Part shown: positions 21,422 through 32,574 of the stretch, in pieces
Layout of the letters: each line of letters starts with the position of its first letter
Numbering within the stretch: the stretch's first letter is position 1
From: an uncultured Gemmatimonadales bacterium
GTDB lineage: Bacteria; Gemmatimonadota; Gemmatimonadetes; Gemmatimonadales; GWC2-71-9
Direction: 5' to 3'
NCBI GenBank assembly: GCA_963728915.1
Contig: CAVSLV010000001.1
Coordinates: 1 to 64,000, forward strand
DNA: 64,000 bases
Position numbers and translations under genes: made by a program
Notes under the pieces: generated by a model
Seen by the model: the letters and a program-made list of their open reading frames with translations, nothing else
Databases searched by the model: none
What the model was told of the DNA's origin: nothing

Positions 21422-21445
21422 AGAACCTCGAATACTTCAAGGGGT
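21358..21445 (+). pseudogene. Internal fragment of a DUF2442-like gene
   Basis: Reads DGTAGEVDLGPELWGEVFEPLKNLEYFKG; no start and no C-terminal part. Confidence 0.55.
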
Positions 21446-21454
21446 TAGGCAGCT

Positions 21455-21832
21455 TCACTTGCGCTTCGGGCGATAACGAACGCCCGGCAGGTCTTCGAAA
21501 TCTCCATCCTGGGTCCAGAGGGTAGCCTCGTATTGTCGGGCCGTCGCCAGGATGACACTATCGGCGAGAGGCAGTTTCAGGTCGGCTCCCAGCTTCGCCG
21601 CGAGCAGCGCCAGGGGCGGAGTCAGGTCCACGACCTGACCCTGCTGCATGAGCGCGACCGCCTGCAACGCCGGTCCTTCCCCGCGCTGACCATAGACCCG
21701 TTTGAAGACTTCCAGGAGGCACAGCGAAGGCACCAGGAGCTCAGCCGTTGCTTCGATCGGTGGAGCAAAGAACCCGGCGTTCGGCCCGGCGCCAAAGTAC
21801 TCCAGCCAGGCAGAGGAGTCGACGACGTTCAC
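21455..21832 (-). CDS. vapC: VapC-family PIN-domain toxin
   Basis: MNVVDSSAWLEYF; LLEVFK; LPLADSVILATA; LWTQDGDF. Confidence 0.92.
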   Translation of the reverse strand: MNVVDSSAWLEYFGAGPNAGFFAPPIEATAELLVPSLCLLEVFKRVYGQRGEGPALQAVALMQQGQVVDLTPPLALLAAKLGADLKLPLADSVILATARQYEATLWTQDGDFEDLPGVRYRPKRK

Positions 21833-22035
21833 ACCCGGTCCCGGTCCCTCGGAACGGCGGTCACGATCCCTTTCAGGAACCCTCGCATGGTCTTGAGCGG
21901 CCGGACCGGAATGAATTCGACCCGATCGAGATACTGGATGGCCTCGACCTTCTGTCCGGGTTTGAGGCCCAGGGCCTCCCGAATCGCCTGGGGGATCACG
22001 ACCTGATATTTCGGAGACACGGTAACGGCGGCCAT
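21829..22035 (-). CDS. AbrB/MazE/SpoVT-family antitoxin
   Basis: VTVSPKYQVVIPQAIREALGLKPGQKV; 4-nt overlap with toxin start. Confidence 0.92.
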   Translation of the reverse strand: MAAVTVSPKYQVVIPQAIREALGLKPGQKVEAIQYLDRVEFIPVRPLKTMRGFLKGIVTAVPRDRDRV

Positions 22036-22046
22036 AGAATCTCCAT

Positions 22047-22086
22047 CGTACAACGGTAAGTCAATCTATGCTTATATCGTTGTACG
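22047..22086. promoter_or_regulatory. Inverted repeat upstream of the TA operon (likely autorepression operator)
   Basis: CGTACAACG 22047-22055 / CGTTGTACG 22078-22086 around an AT-rich spacer. Confidence 0.55.
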
Positions 22087-22157
22087 GGCAAGCGAAGAGC
22101 TGCCTGCGCCCGGGCCTCCCCTCACCCGAAGCGCGCGCAATGGATCGCACCGGTCGC

Positions 22158-22186
22158 TTGCCCGGGCTGGGTCGGCGAGCTAAGGT
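22158..22186 (+). promoter_or_regulatory. Putative sigma70 promoter of the ankyrin gene
   Basis: TTGCCC-N17-TAAGGT. Confidence 0.5.
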
Positions 22187-22192
22187 ACAGGC

Positions 22193-22315
22193 GCGCGTTC
22201 AGGACGCGTCCCGTCCGCGGAAAGGGCCGAGCCCGCCTGTGCAGGTTGTGAAGCCACAATTCCGATCTTCTTTCAGCCCGCGGAGCGGACCCGGGCGGCG
22301 TTGAAAGGAGATCTC
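22193..22315 (+). ncRNA. Candidate cis-regulatory structured leader RNA with alternative SD-sequestering fold
   Basis: GATCTTCTTTCA 22264-22275 pairs with TGAAAGGAGATC 22302-22313; competing helices 22214-22220/22278-22284 and 22213-22218/22285-22290; hairpin TTGTG-AAGC-CACAA. Confidence 0.55.
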
Positions 22316-24178
22316 ATGTCCGAGCCCGCCGAGCTCCCGCCCCGTCCGTCCCTCGAACAGCTTCGCAAGCAGGCGAAAGAACAGCTCCGCGCCGGCCAGC
22401 CCGGCATCACCAGGCTCGCCGATGCCCAGCGCGCCATCGCCCAGCGCTACGGATTCCCGAATTGGAGCGCGCTGGCCCGGAAAGTCCGCGAGCTCACCGG
22501 CGAGACCGCACCACTTGGTCCCTTGATTCGCCCCGCGGAGCTCCGATCGGGCCGTCCCTACACCCTTGAGAATGGCACCGTCGTCACCACCGATGATGTG
22601 TACGAGATTTTCGTCGCCGCGCGCGGTGGAGATCTCGCCAGGATCAAGTCCCTGATCGCGCGGGTGCCCGGCCTCGCCACCGTGGAGTACAACTACACTC
22701 CGCCGATCCATTTGGCGGTGCGCGAAGGCCACCTCGCGATTGTCGAGCTCCTCATCGCGCACGGGGCCGATCTCGCCTACCGCAGCTATCCGTTCCAGGA
22801 ATCGTTGCTGTCGTTCGCCGAGGACCGCGGCCATGGAGAGGTTGCCGCTCTCTTGCGGCGTCACCTCGCCCGGCGATTTGCGCTCGCCCCTGAGGTGGCC
22901 GCGATCCTCGAGGTCGCCAAGACCGGAGATCTGAAGGGGGTCCGGAGCGAGCTGGAGCGCGATCCCGCCCTGGCCCGCGCCAGCAACGAGACCGGCGACA
23001 CTCCTCTCCATCAAGCCGCCCAGCACCTGCATCGCGATATCGTCGAAACCCTGCTCGACGCGGGAGCCGATCCCGATGCGGTCCGGGGTGACGGGTATCG
23101 CCCGATCCATCTCGCCCTGACCAGGAACTTCCTGACCGGCGCTCCCACCGCGGGGGCGCGTTCCCTGGCCGAGCTGTTGCTCGCCCGCGGGAGCCGGTAC
23201 ACCATGTACCTCGCCGCGCTGCTTCTGGACGACGATTTCATCCGGAAGGCCTTGGCGAAGGACCGATCCCGAGCCAGTGAAGAGGACACCAATCATCATC
23301 GACCCCTGTCGGCGGCGGCGCGCCGGCACGACCTCGAGCTGGTGCGCCTGCTGCTCGAGCACGGCGCCGACCCCAACGCCCCGGAAGAGGGCGCGCCCCG
23401 CGGGCATTCCCTGTGGGTCGCGGCGTTCGAGAGGCAGATGGAAATGGTTCGCCTGCTGCTCGCCCATGGCGCCGATCCCAACGCGATGGTGGAATCGAGC
23501 GGCACCCCCCTGATGCACGCGCCTCGCGGCTCCGAGCTCCGGGCCCTGCTGGTGGCCCATGGCGGCATCGAAGAGGGGGACGGTCCAAAGGACCGGCTGG
23601 GCCTGCTACTGAAGGAGCGTCGGTTCGAAGAGTTCACGCGACTGGTTCAGGATCACCTCGACTTTATCCGCGATCCCGATCAGAGCTGGGGCGACGGCAT
23701 CCTCGCCGGTCCGGCCAACGCGGGTGATCATGAAGTGCTCGACTTGCTGATCCGGCTGGGCGCCCGGGTGCCGCCGGTCTCCAAGTGGGCGCCCTACTAC
23801 TACTTCAAGCACGAGGCCACGGCGCGGTTTCTCCTCGAGCGGGGGATGGACCCGAACCACATGAACTGGCACCGCTTCACCCTGCTCCATCACATGGCCG
23901 CAATGGGTGAGCTCGGCAAGGCGAAGCTCCTGCTCGAATTCGGAGCGGATATTGACGCGATCGACGAGGAATACCGTTCCACGCCTCTGGGGGTGGCGGT
24001 ACGCCGCGGGCGGGAGGAACTGGTGAAATTGCTGCTCGGCCAGGGAGCCGATCCCAATCTGGCGGGCGCCCCATGGGCAACCCCACTGGCCTGGGCGAAA
24101 AAGCAAGGGCACGAAGGCCTCGTGCCCTTGCTCACTCAAGCAGGAGCCGGTTCATCCGAGCTGCCTGAAAGGTCCTAA
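22316..24178 (+). CDS. Ankyrin-repeat protein with N-terminal helical domain (LPPRPSLEQLRKQAK..LADAQ..YGF.NW)
   Basis: SD AAGGAG; many ankyrin repeats (TPLHQAA..LLDAGADPD, LLEHGADPN, TPLGVAVRRG). Confidence 0.9.
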   Translation: MSEPAELPPRPSLEQLRKQAKEQLRAGQPGITRLADAQRAIAQRYGFPNWSALARKVRELTGETAPLGPLIRPAELRSGRPYTLENGTVVTTDDVYEIFVAARGGDLARIKSLIARVPGLATVEYNYTPPIHLAVREGHLAIVELLIAHGADLAYRSYPFQESLLSFAEDRGHGEVAALLRRHLARRFALAPEVAAILEVAKTGDLKGVRSELERDPALARASNETGDTPLHQAAQHLHRDIVETLLDAGADPDAVRGDGYRPIHLALTRNFLTGAPTAGARSLAELLLARGSRYTMYLAALLLDDDFIRKALAKDRSRASEEDTNHHRPLSAAARRHDLELVRLLLEHGADPNAPEEGAPRGHSLWVAAFERQMEMVRLLLAHGADPNAMVESSGTPLMHAPRGSELRALLVAHGGIEEGDGPKDRLGLLLKERRFEEFTRLVQDHLDFIRDPDQSWGDGILAGPANAGDHEVLDLLIRLGARVPPVSKWAPYYYFKHEATARFLLERGMDPNHMNWHRFTLLHHMAAMGELGKAKLLLEFGADIDAIDEEYRSTPLGVAVRRGREELVKLLLGQGADPNLAGAPWATPLAWAKKQGHEGLVPLLTQAGAGSSELPERS

Positions 24179-24183
24179 CCCGC

Positions 24184-24828
24184 ATGGACCCGATCTTCTT
24201 CGAATCCCCCGAGGCCTTCCGGCGCTGGCTGGCCCGGCATCACAAGCGTGCCCCGGAAGTGCTGGTCGGGTTCCACAAAAAACACACCGGCAAACCCAGC
24301 CTGACCTGGCCCCAGTCGGTCGACGAGGCCCTTTGCTACGGCTGGATCGACGGCATCCGCCGCTCGATCGACCCCGAGGGATACACCATCCGCTTTACCC
24401 CTCGCCGGAAGGGGAGCATCTGGAGCGCGATCAACCTGAAGCGGGTGCCGGAGCTGATTCGGGAAGGGCGCATGCAGCCGGCCGGGCGGGCGGTGTACCA
24501 GGCGCGGGATCCGGCCAAAGCCGGCCTGTATTCATTCGAGCAGCGGCAGAACGCTCGCCTCACGCCCGCGCTGCTGCGACGCTTTCGGGCCAATCGAAAG
24601 GCCTGGACGTTCTTCGAAGCCCAGCCGCCGGGCTACCGGAAGATCGCGACGTTTTATGTGATGAGCGCCAAACAGGAAGAAACCAGATTGCGAAGACTCG
24701 ACACCCTCATCAAGGATTCGGCCGCCGGACAAAGGATCGGGCCGCTCCGGCGCCCCGGATCTTCCGAGGCACCACGCAAATCGGGCAAGGCCCCATCTCG
24801 GGGGTCCGCCCGTACACCACGGAAATAG
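24184..24828 (+). CDS. YdeI/OmpD-associated family protein
   Basis: VDEALCYGWIDG; RFTPRRKGSIWSAIN; GRMQPAG; SAKQEETRLRRL. Confidence 0.9.
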   Translation: MDPIFFESPEAFRRWLARHHKRAPEVLVGFHKKHTGKPSLTWPQSVDEALCYGWIDGIRRSIDPEGYTIRFTPRRKGSIWSAINLKRVPELIREGRMQPAGRAVYQARDPAKAGLYSFEQRQNARLTPALLRRFRANRKAWTFFEAQPPGYRKIATFYVMSAKQEETRLRRLDTLIKDSAAGQRIGPLRRPGSSEAPRKSGKAPSRGSARTPRK

Positions 24829-25204
24829 GTCCCAGCGCGACGGTCTTCTTTTCCACGGTGTCGTTCACCGCGATGGCCAGGGTGAGAACTTTTCCGTCGA
24901 GCCTGCCGCTGAACTGGGCCGGCAGCTCGGGACCCACCGCGATCGGGTAGGCGCGCAGCACGTAGGTTCCATCCAGGGTGAAGCGGCCGCTCTCGTCGAG
25001 CGTCACCCTTCCCGGAACGTCTCCGAACGTGCATCCCACGTGGACGTGCAGCTCATCTTCGGTGACGATCACCCCTGAGTTGTCACCGCCCCAGGTCCCC
25101 AGCGGAAGCATCCCATCCGATGGAAGGCTTACGTCCTGGTCGCAAGTCACCAGGGCCAGGCCGAGAATCAGTCCGGCGCTTATGCCGACGATGCGTCCCC
25201 TCAT
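24710..25204 (-). CDS. Hypothetical secreted protein/lipoprotein
   Basis: Hydrophobic N-terminus ending LVTC; GTWGG..HVHVGC; GPCPIC; 3' end overlaps the YdeI-like gene. Confidence 0.65.
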   Translation of the reverse strand: MRGRIVGISAGLILGLALVTCDQDVSLPSDGMLPLGTWGGDNSGVIVTEDELHVHVGCTFGDVPGRVTLDESGRFTLDGTYVLRAYPIAVGPELPAQFSGRLDGKVLTLAIAVNDTVEKKTVALGPISVVYGRTPEMGPCPICVVPRKIRGAGAARSFVRRPNP

Positions 25205-25323
25205 GGTCTTTGGTGTCGCTGCATATCCCGCGCCGAATCAAGTGCGTCTGTCGGCGGCGAACCCGCCGGAGCCGGTGAGACGAAACGACACAGCCTTCCT
25301 GAAATGTGTGCTCCCCACCTCGA

Positions 25324-25814
25324 TCAGATGCAGGCGTTGCTCTTTTCCCAGACCTCGCGCCGGAGCCTCCGGATTTCACCGGCTGCGTTAACCTGGATCA
25401 CCACACGGTCCACCTGGAGAGGAGCGCACACGGCGACCAGCTCGAGGACCACCAGCTCGTACCCGTCGGCCACCGGACGAACCCCGCCAGTTTCAACCGT
25501 ACCCCTCCACGAGTAGTCCTCCGCAAAGGCGACCAGGGCCGCTTCGCTGGGCTGATCGATCGGGCCAAGAAAAGCGCGCAGGGCGAGCGGGGTCTCGGGA
25601 TCAATCTCCTGCCGCGTACGGATCCCACCGGCAGCGATGGTGTGCGGAATCAGATCGGGCCCCACCGCCCTGAGCTCCCAGAGATCATACGCGGCGCCGG
25701 GCGTGATCGACGACTCGGCCAGACTCGGAATGGGCTGGTAGTCCTCCGGCCGGACCAGATCGGAGCAGGCGGCCAGCCAGGTGAGCGCGCCCAGCAACGC
25801 GGCCCGTGGGAGCA

Positions 25815-25815
<1 letters not shown>
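25324..25815 (-). CDS. Hypothetical lipoprotein
   Basis: Lipobox LAAC; start overlaps acnA stop. Confidence 0.65.
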
Positions 25816-28623
<2,808 letters not shown>

Positions 28624-28640
28624 TGTCCAAAGATAGCGTG

Positions 28641-28922
28641 ATGCCCGCCGCGATCACCCGGCGGGACGACGGGATTCTGGTGGAGTGGAACCGGGAAGGG
28701 GATCGCCGGTTCTATGCCGCGCGGTCGCTCCGTCTCGCCTGTCCCTGCGCCGAGTGCGTGGAGGAGATGAGCGGTCGCGCGCTGCTCGATCCCGCCCGGG
28801 TCGCGGCGGATATCCGACCGCTCCGGATCGACCTGGTCGGCGGCTATGGACTCCGGGTGTCCTGGAGCGACGGCCATAACACGGGGATCTACACTTTCGA
28901 GCGGTTGCGGGAGATGACATGA
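28641..28922 (+). CDS. DUF971 / gamma-butyrobetaine hydroxylase-like N-terminal domain protein
   Basis: [28 protein letters not shown]. Confidence 0.9.
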   Translation: MPAAITRRDDGILVEWNREGDRRFYAARSLRLACPCAECVEEMSGRALLDPARVAADIRPLRIDLVGGYGLRVSWSDGHNTGIYTFERLREMT

Positions 28923-31333
28923 AGAAGATCGCGCTCCTTTGCCTCCTCTGGCCCTTCCGGCCCGTCTCCGGCCAGACGCTTCCCGCGTCCAATGGCGGCA
29001 CGCCCGTGCTCCATCAGGCGGAACGCATGCTGGGCCGGAACAAGCGGGTCCTGATGATCGGCGCCCACCCCGACGACGAGGACACCGAGCTCCTGACCCT
29101 CCTGGTCCGCAGCGAAGGGGCGGAAGCGGCCTACCTCTCCCTTTCCCGGGGCGAAGGCGGCCAGAACCTCATCGGACCGGAATTGTTCGAAGGCCTGGGC
29201 CTGATCCGGACCGAGGAGCTGCTCGCCGCGCGTTCGCTCGACGGGGCCCGGCAGTATTTCGGTCGGGAGTTCGATTTCGGATTCTCCAAGACGCTCGAGG
29301 AAACCGCCCGCTTCTGGCCCCGCGATTCGGTGCTCAAGGATGTGGTTCGGATCATCCGCCGGTTCCGGCCCCAGATCATCGTGGCGGTGTTTTCGGGAAC
29401 CCCCCGGGACGGCCACGGACAGCATCAGATCTCGGGGTGGGCGGCCCAGGAGGCCTTCCGGATCGCCGGCGATCCCCGCCGGTTCCCCGAGCTTGCCAGT
29501 CAGGAGCACCTCGCCCCATGGCAACCGCAGAAGCTGCTGCGTTCCACCCGGTTCGATCCCGGCGCCACCACGATCTCTCTGGATGGCGGTAAGCTCGACC
29601 CCGATATCGGCCAGTCCTACCGCCAGATCGCGATGCGGGGCCGCAGCCTGCATCGCTCCCAGGATATGGGAGTCTTGCAGGAGCCGGGCCCGTCGGCGGC
29701 GAGGCTGATGGTGGTGGACGACCGGCGGACCGGCGGACCGGCGGACCAGCGGATCGTCGGGGCGGACGCGCTCTGGGCCGGGATCGATACCACGGTGTCC
29801 GGGCTGGATCCCAACGGGATCGAGGCCGCGGATCAGCATCGCCACGCCGCGACCGCCGCTACGGTGCGGCAGGGCCTGGTCTTCGACGCCTGGACCGGGG
29901 ACGGCCGGCTGGTGCCAGGACAGCGGGTTATGGTCAAGCTCATCGCCTGGAACGCGGGCGCCGCTCCCGCCCAGGTGACCATGGCCCTCGATGCGCCGTT
30001 GGGCTGGACCGTGGGGGCCTGCCCCTCGCCGACCGTGACGGTGGCGGCCGGGACCATGTCCGCCTGCGATGTGGCGGTGACCGTGTCGCCCAACGCCGAG
30101 TACACGACCCCCTACTTTCTCCGGGTGGACCGGGGCAGCTCGGCGCTCTACGTGTTCAGCGGATCGCCCGCTGCCTGGGGCGAACCGTTCGAGCCGCCTC
30201 TCCTGACCGCCCGTTTCAGCTTCTCGGCTTCGGGGGCCTCGGGAACCCAGGTGCTCGCTCGGGCGGTGGAGCATCGATACCGCGACCAGGCGATCGGCGA
30301 AATCCGGGAACCCGTTTTCGTGGTCCCTCGAGTGGACGTGAAGCTCGATCCGCCTGCCCGGGTGTGGGCCACCGATTGGGCCACGCCCCGCGAGTTCACC
30401 GTCACCCTCCAGCATGGCTCCGCCGAACCCACCACTGGATCATTGGCGCTCGAGCTCCCCGCCGGCTGGCCTTCGGTGCCACCGCAATCCTTTTCTCTGG
30501 CCCGCGAAGAGGAGCGCGAGGTGCTCCACTTCCAGGTTCGCGCCCCCCGTGGGCTCGCCCCGGGGCGGTACCAGCTCCGCGCGGTTGCGATTGACGGAGA
30601 GAATCATCGCTACCAGAGCGGGCTCGACCAGGTGGACTATCCCCACATCAATCCGCGGGTCTGGGAGAAGCCGGCCCGGAGCATTCTCGAAGTCGCTCCC
30701 ATCGTTCTTCCCGCGGTGCAGCGGGTCGGCTATATCCGGGGCGCCTCCGACCGGGTGCCCGAGGCGCTGGAGGAAATCGGCCTCCCGGTCGAGTTGCTCG
30801 ATGCCACGGCCCTCGGACGCGCCGACCTTTCTCGCTACGACGTCATCGTGGTGGGGAGCCGGGCCTACGAAATCGATCCCGCCCTGGTCGAGAACAACGC
30901 CCGGCTCCTCGCGTACGCGAACGCGGGTGGACGAGTGGTGGTGCAGTACCAGCAGCAGCCGTTCTATGCCGGTCATTTCGCGCCGGCGCCGCTCACGCTG
31001 GGGCAACCCCATGACCGGGTGACCGACGAGAATGCCCCGGTTACCATCCTCGCTCCCGCCAATCCGGTCTTCAACCGGCCCAACCGGATCGGGCCGGCCG
31101 ACTGGTCGGGGTGGGTCCAGGAACGTGGGCTCTACTTCGCGCGTACATGGGACACCAGCTACACTCCGTTGCTCGAAATGTCCGATCCAGGGGAGGCGCC
31201 ACTGAAAGGCAGTCTGCTGATCCGGTCGGTCGGGAAGGGAACCTGGATCTACACAGGGCTTTCCTTCTTCCGTCAGCTCCCCGCCGGTGTTCCCGGCGCG
31301 TTCCGCCTGTTCCTGAACCTGCTCACGCCGTGA
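28919..31333 (+). CDS. PIG-L/LmbE-family deacetylase with C-terminal Ig-like and amidotransferase-like domains
   Basis: AHPDDED; RGEGGQN; HGQHQ; HRSQDMG; WVQERGLYF; FFRQLPAGVPGA. Confidence 0.9.
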   Translation: MKKIALLCLLWPFRPVSGQTLPASNGGTPVLHQAERMLGRNKRVLMIGAHPDDEDTELLTLLVRSEGAEAAYLSLSRGEGGQNLIGPELFEGLGLIRTEELLAARSLDGARQYFGREFDFGFSKTLEETARFWPRDSVLKDVVRIIRRFRPQIIVAVFSGTPRDGHGQHQISGWAAQEAFRIAGDPRRFPELASQEHLAPWQPQKLLRSTRFDPGATTISLDGGKLDPDIGQSYRQIAMRGRSLHRSQDMGVLQEPGPSAARLMVVDDRRTGGPADQRIVGADALWAGIDTTVSGLDPNGIEAADQHRHAATAATVRQGLVFDAWTGDGRLVPGQRVMVKLIAWNAGAAPAQVTMALDAPLGWTVGACPSPTVTVAAGTMSACDVAVTVSPNAEYTTPYFLRVDRGSSALYVFSGSPAAWGEPFEPPLLTARFSFSASGASGTQVLARAVEHRYRDQAIGEIREPVFVVPRVDVKLDPPARVWATDWATPREFTVTLQHGSAEPTTGSLALELPAGWPSVPPQSFSLAREEEREVLHFQVRAPRGLAPGRYQLRAVAIDGENHRYQSGLDQVDYPHINPRVWEKPARSILEVAPIVLPAVQRVGYIRGASDRVPEALEEIGLPVELLDATALGRADLSRYDVIVVGSRAYEIDPALVENNARLLAYANAGGRVVVQYQQQPFYAGHFAPAPLTLGQPHDRVTDENAPVTILAPANPVFNRPNRIGPADWSGWVQERGLYFARTWDTSYTPLLEMSDPGEAPLKGSLLIRSVGKGTWIYTGLSFFRQLPAGVPGAFRLFLNLLTP
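29724..29755. repeat. Octamer tandem repeat (GGCGGACC)x3 + degenerate unit inside the PIG-L gene
   Basis: ggcggacc x3 then agcggatc; encodes [10 protein letters not shown]. Confidence 0.85.
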
Positions 31334-32574
31334 AGACGGCCGGTCCAACGGGTCGGCCGGCAGTGGATCCGTCGCGGGGCGAATTCAGCCGGCTGTCGAT
31401 CCTCATCGCCATCGCCTTCGTGGACATGCTCGGCTCGGCGGTCGTGTTTCCGCTGGTGCCGCTCTACGTCATCAACTTCCACGCCGCTCCCATCGTGGTG
31501 GGGTTCGTCATCGCAGGGTTCTCCATCGCCCAGCTGCTCTCTTCTCCAATCTGGGGCCGGATCTCCGATCGTGGCGGACGCCGGCCCGCCCTGCTGGCCG
31601 GGCTTCTCTTCGCGGCCATGGGATTCACCATCTTCGGGCTCGCCACATCGGCGCTGGTGCTGTTCCTTTCCCGGCTAATCCAGGGCGCCGGCGGCGGCAC
31701 CACCGGGGTGACCCAGGCCTATATCGCCGACACGGTTCCGGCGGGACGGCGGGCCCAGGCGCTCGGTTGGCTCTCGGCGGCCACCAACCTGGGCGTCATG
31801 ATCGGCCCGGTGATCGGGTCCCTTGCGGTCCGGTTCGGCCACCAGTGGCCCGGGTTCGTCGCCGCCACACTCTGTCTCGTGAATGCGTTCTGCGCCTGGA
31901 AATGGCTGCCAGAATCCAAGCAGCCGCTCGCGCCCGGCGAGGCCCCGCCGCCCCGGAGACCGGTGTGGCACTCGGCCTGGCAGGTCGTCCGGCATCCACG
32001 CGGCCCGGTCCCGCGCCTGGTGTGGATCTATTCGGCGGGCATGCTCGGTTTGTTCACGATGACGTCGGTGCTGGCCCTGTACCTCAATGCGGAGTTCCGG
32101 ATCACCGAAGTCAACATCGGATATGTGTTCCTGTATATTGGCGCCCTCTCGGTCATCATGCGCTCCCTGTTACTGGGCCCCATCGTGCATCGACTCGGCG
32201 AGCCGTGGACGATGCGAAGCGGCACCATCCTGCTCACCCTGGGGCTGGTGTTGTATCCCCTTGCTCGCAGCTGGTGGTTGCTCGCCCCGGTGATGGCGCT
32301 CATCCCGGTGGGGACCGCGCTCCTCTTCCCGGCGACGACCGCGCTCATGTCGCACGCCTCGGAAAAGCGTGAGGTCGGCACCACAATGGGCGTGGCCCAG
32401 ACCTTCGCTGGGGTCGCCCGGGTCATCGCGCCGATCGTGGCCACCTGGTCCTTCCAGCACGCCGGGCACGCCTGGCCCTTCCTCCTGGGAGGCACCATCG
32501 TGGCGCTGGTCGGGATCCTGGCCTTCCGGCTCGACGCGCCGGCGCATGCGCTCCGCGCGACGGAGCCGGTGTGA
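31330..32574 (+). CDS. MFS transporter (TetA/DHA1-like)
   Basis: GTG overlapping upstream stop; WGRISDRGGRRP; RLIQG; GPVIG; many TM segments. Confidence 0.9.
   Translation: MKTAGPTGRPAVDPSRGEFSRLSILIAIAFVDMLGSAVVFPLVPLYVINFHAAPIVVGFVIAGFSIAQLLSSPIWGRISDRGGRRPALLAGLLFAAMGFTIFGLATSALVLFLSRLIQGAGGGTTGVTQAYIADTVPAGRRAQALGWLSAATNLGVMIGPVIGSLAVRFGHQWPGFVAATLCLVNAFCAWKWLPESKQPLAPGEAPPPRRPVWHSAWQVVRHPRGPVPRLVWIYSAGMLGLFTMTSVLALYLNAEFRITEVNIGYVFLYIGALSVIMRSLLLGPIVHRLGEPWTMRSGTILLTLGLVLYPLARSWWLLAPVMALIPVGTALLFPATTALMSHASEKREVGTTMGVAQTFAGVARVIAPIVATWSFQHAGHAWPFLLGGTIVALVGILAFRLDAPAHALRATEPV

Noticed and set aside
22068..22304. 78-aa ORF over the ankyrin leader as a leader peptide
   Set aside because: Starts upstream of the predicted promoter, lacks an SD and has no coding features; RNA structure explains the region better
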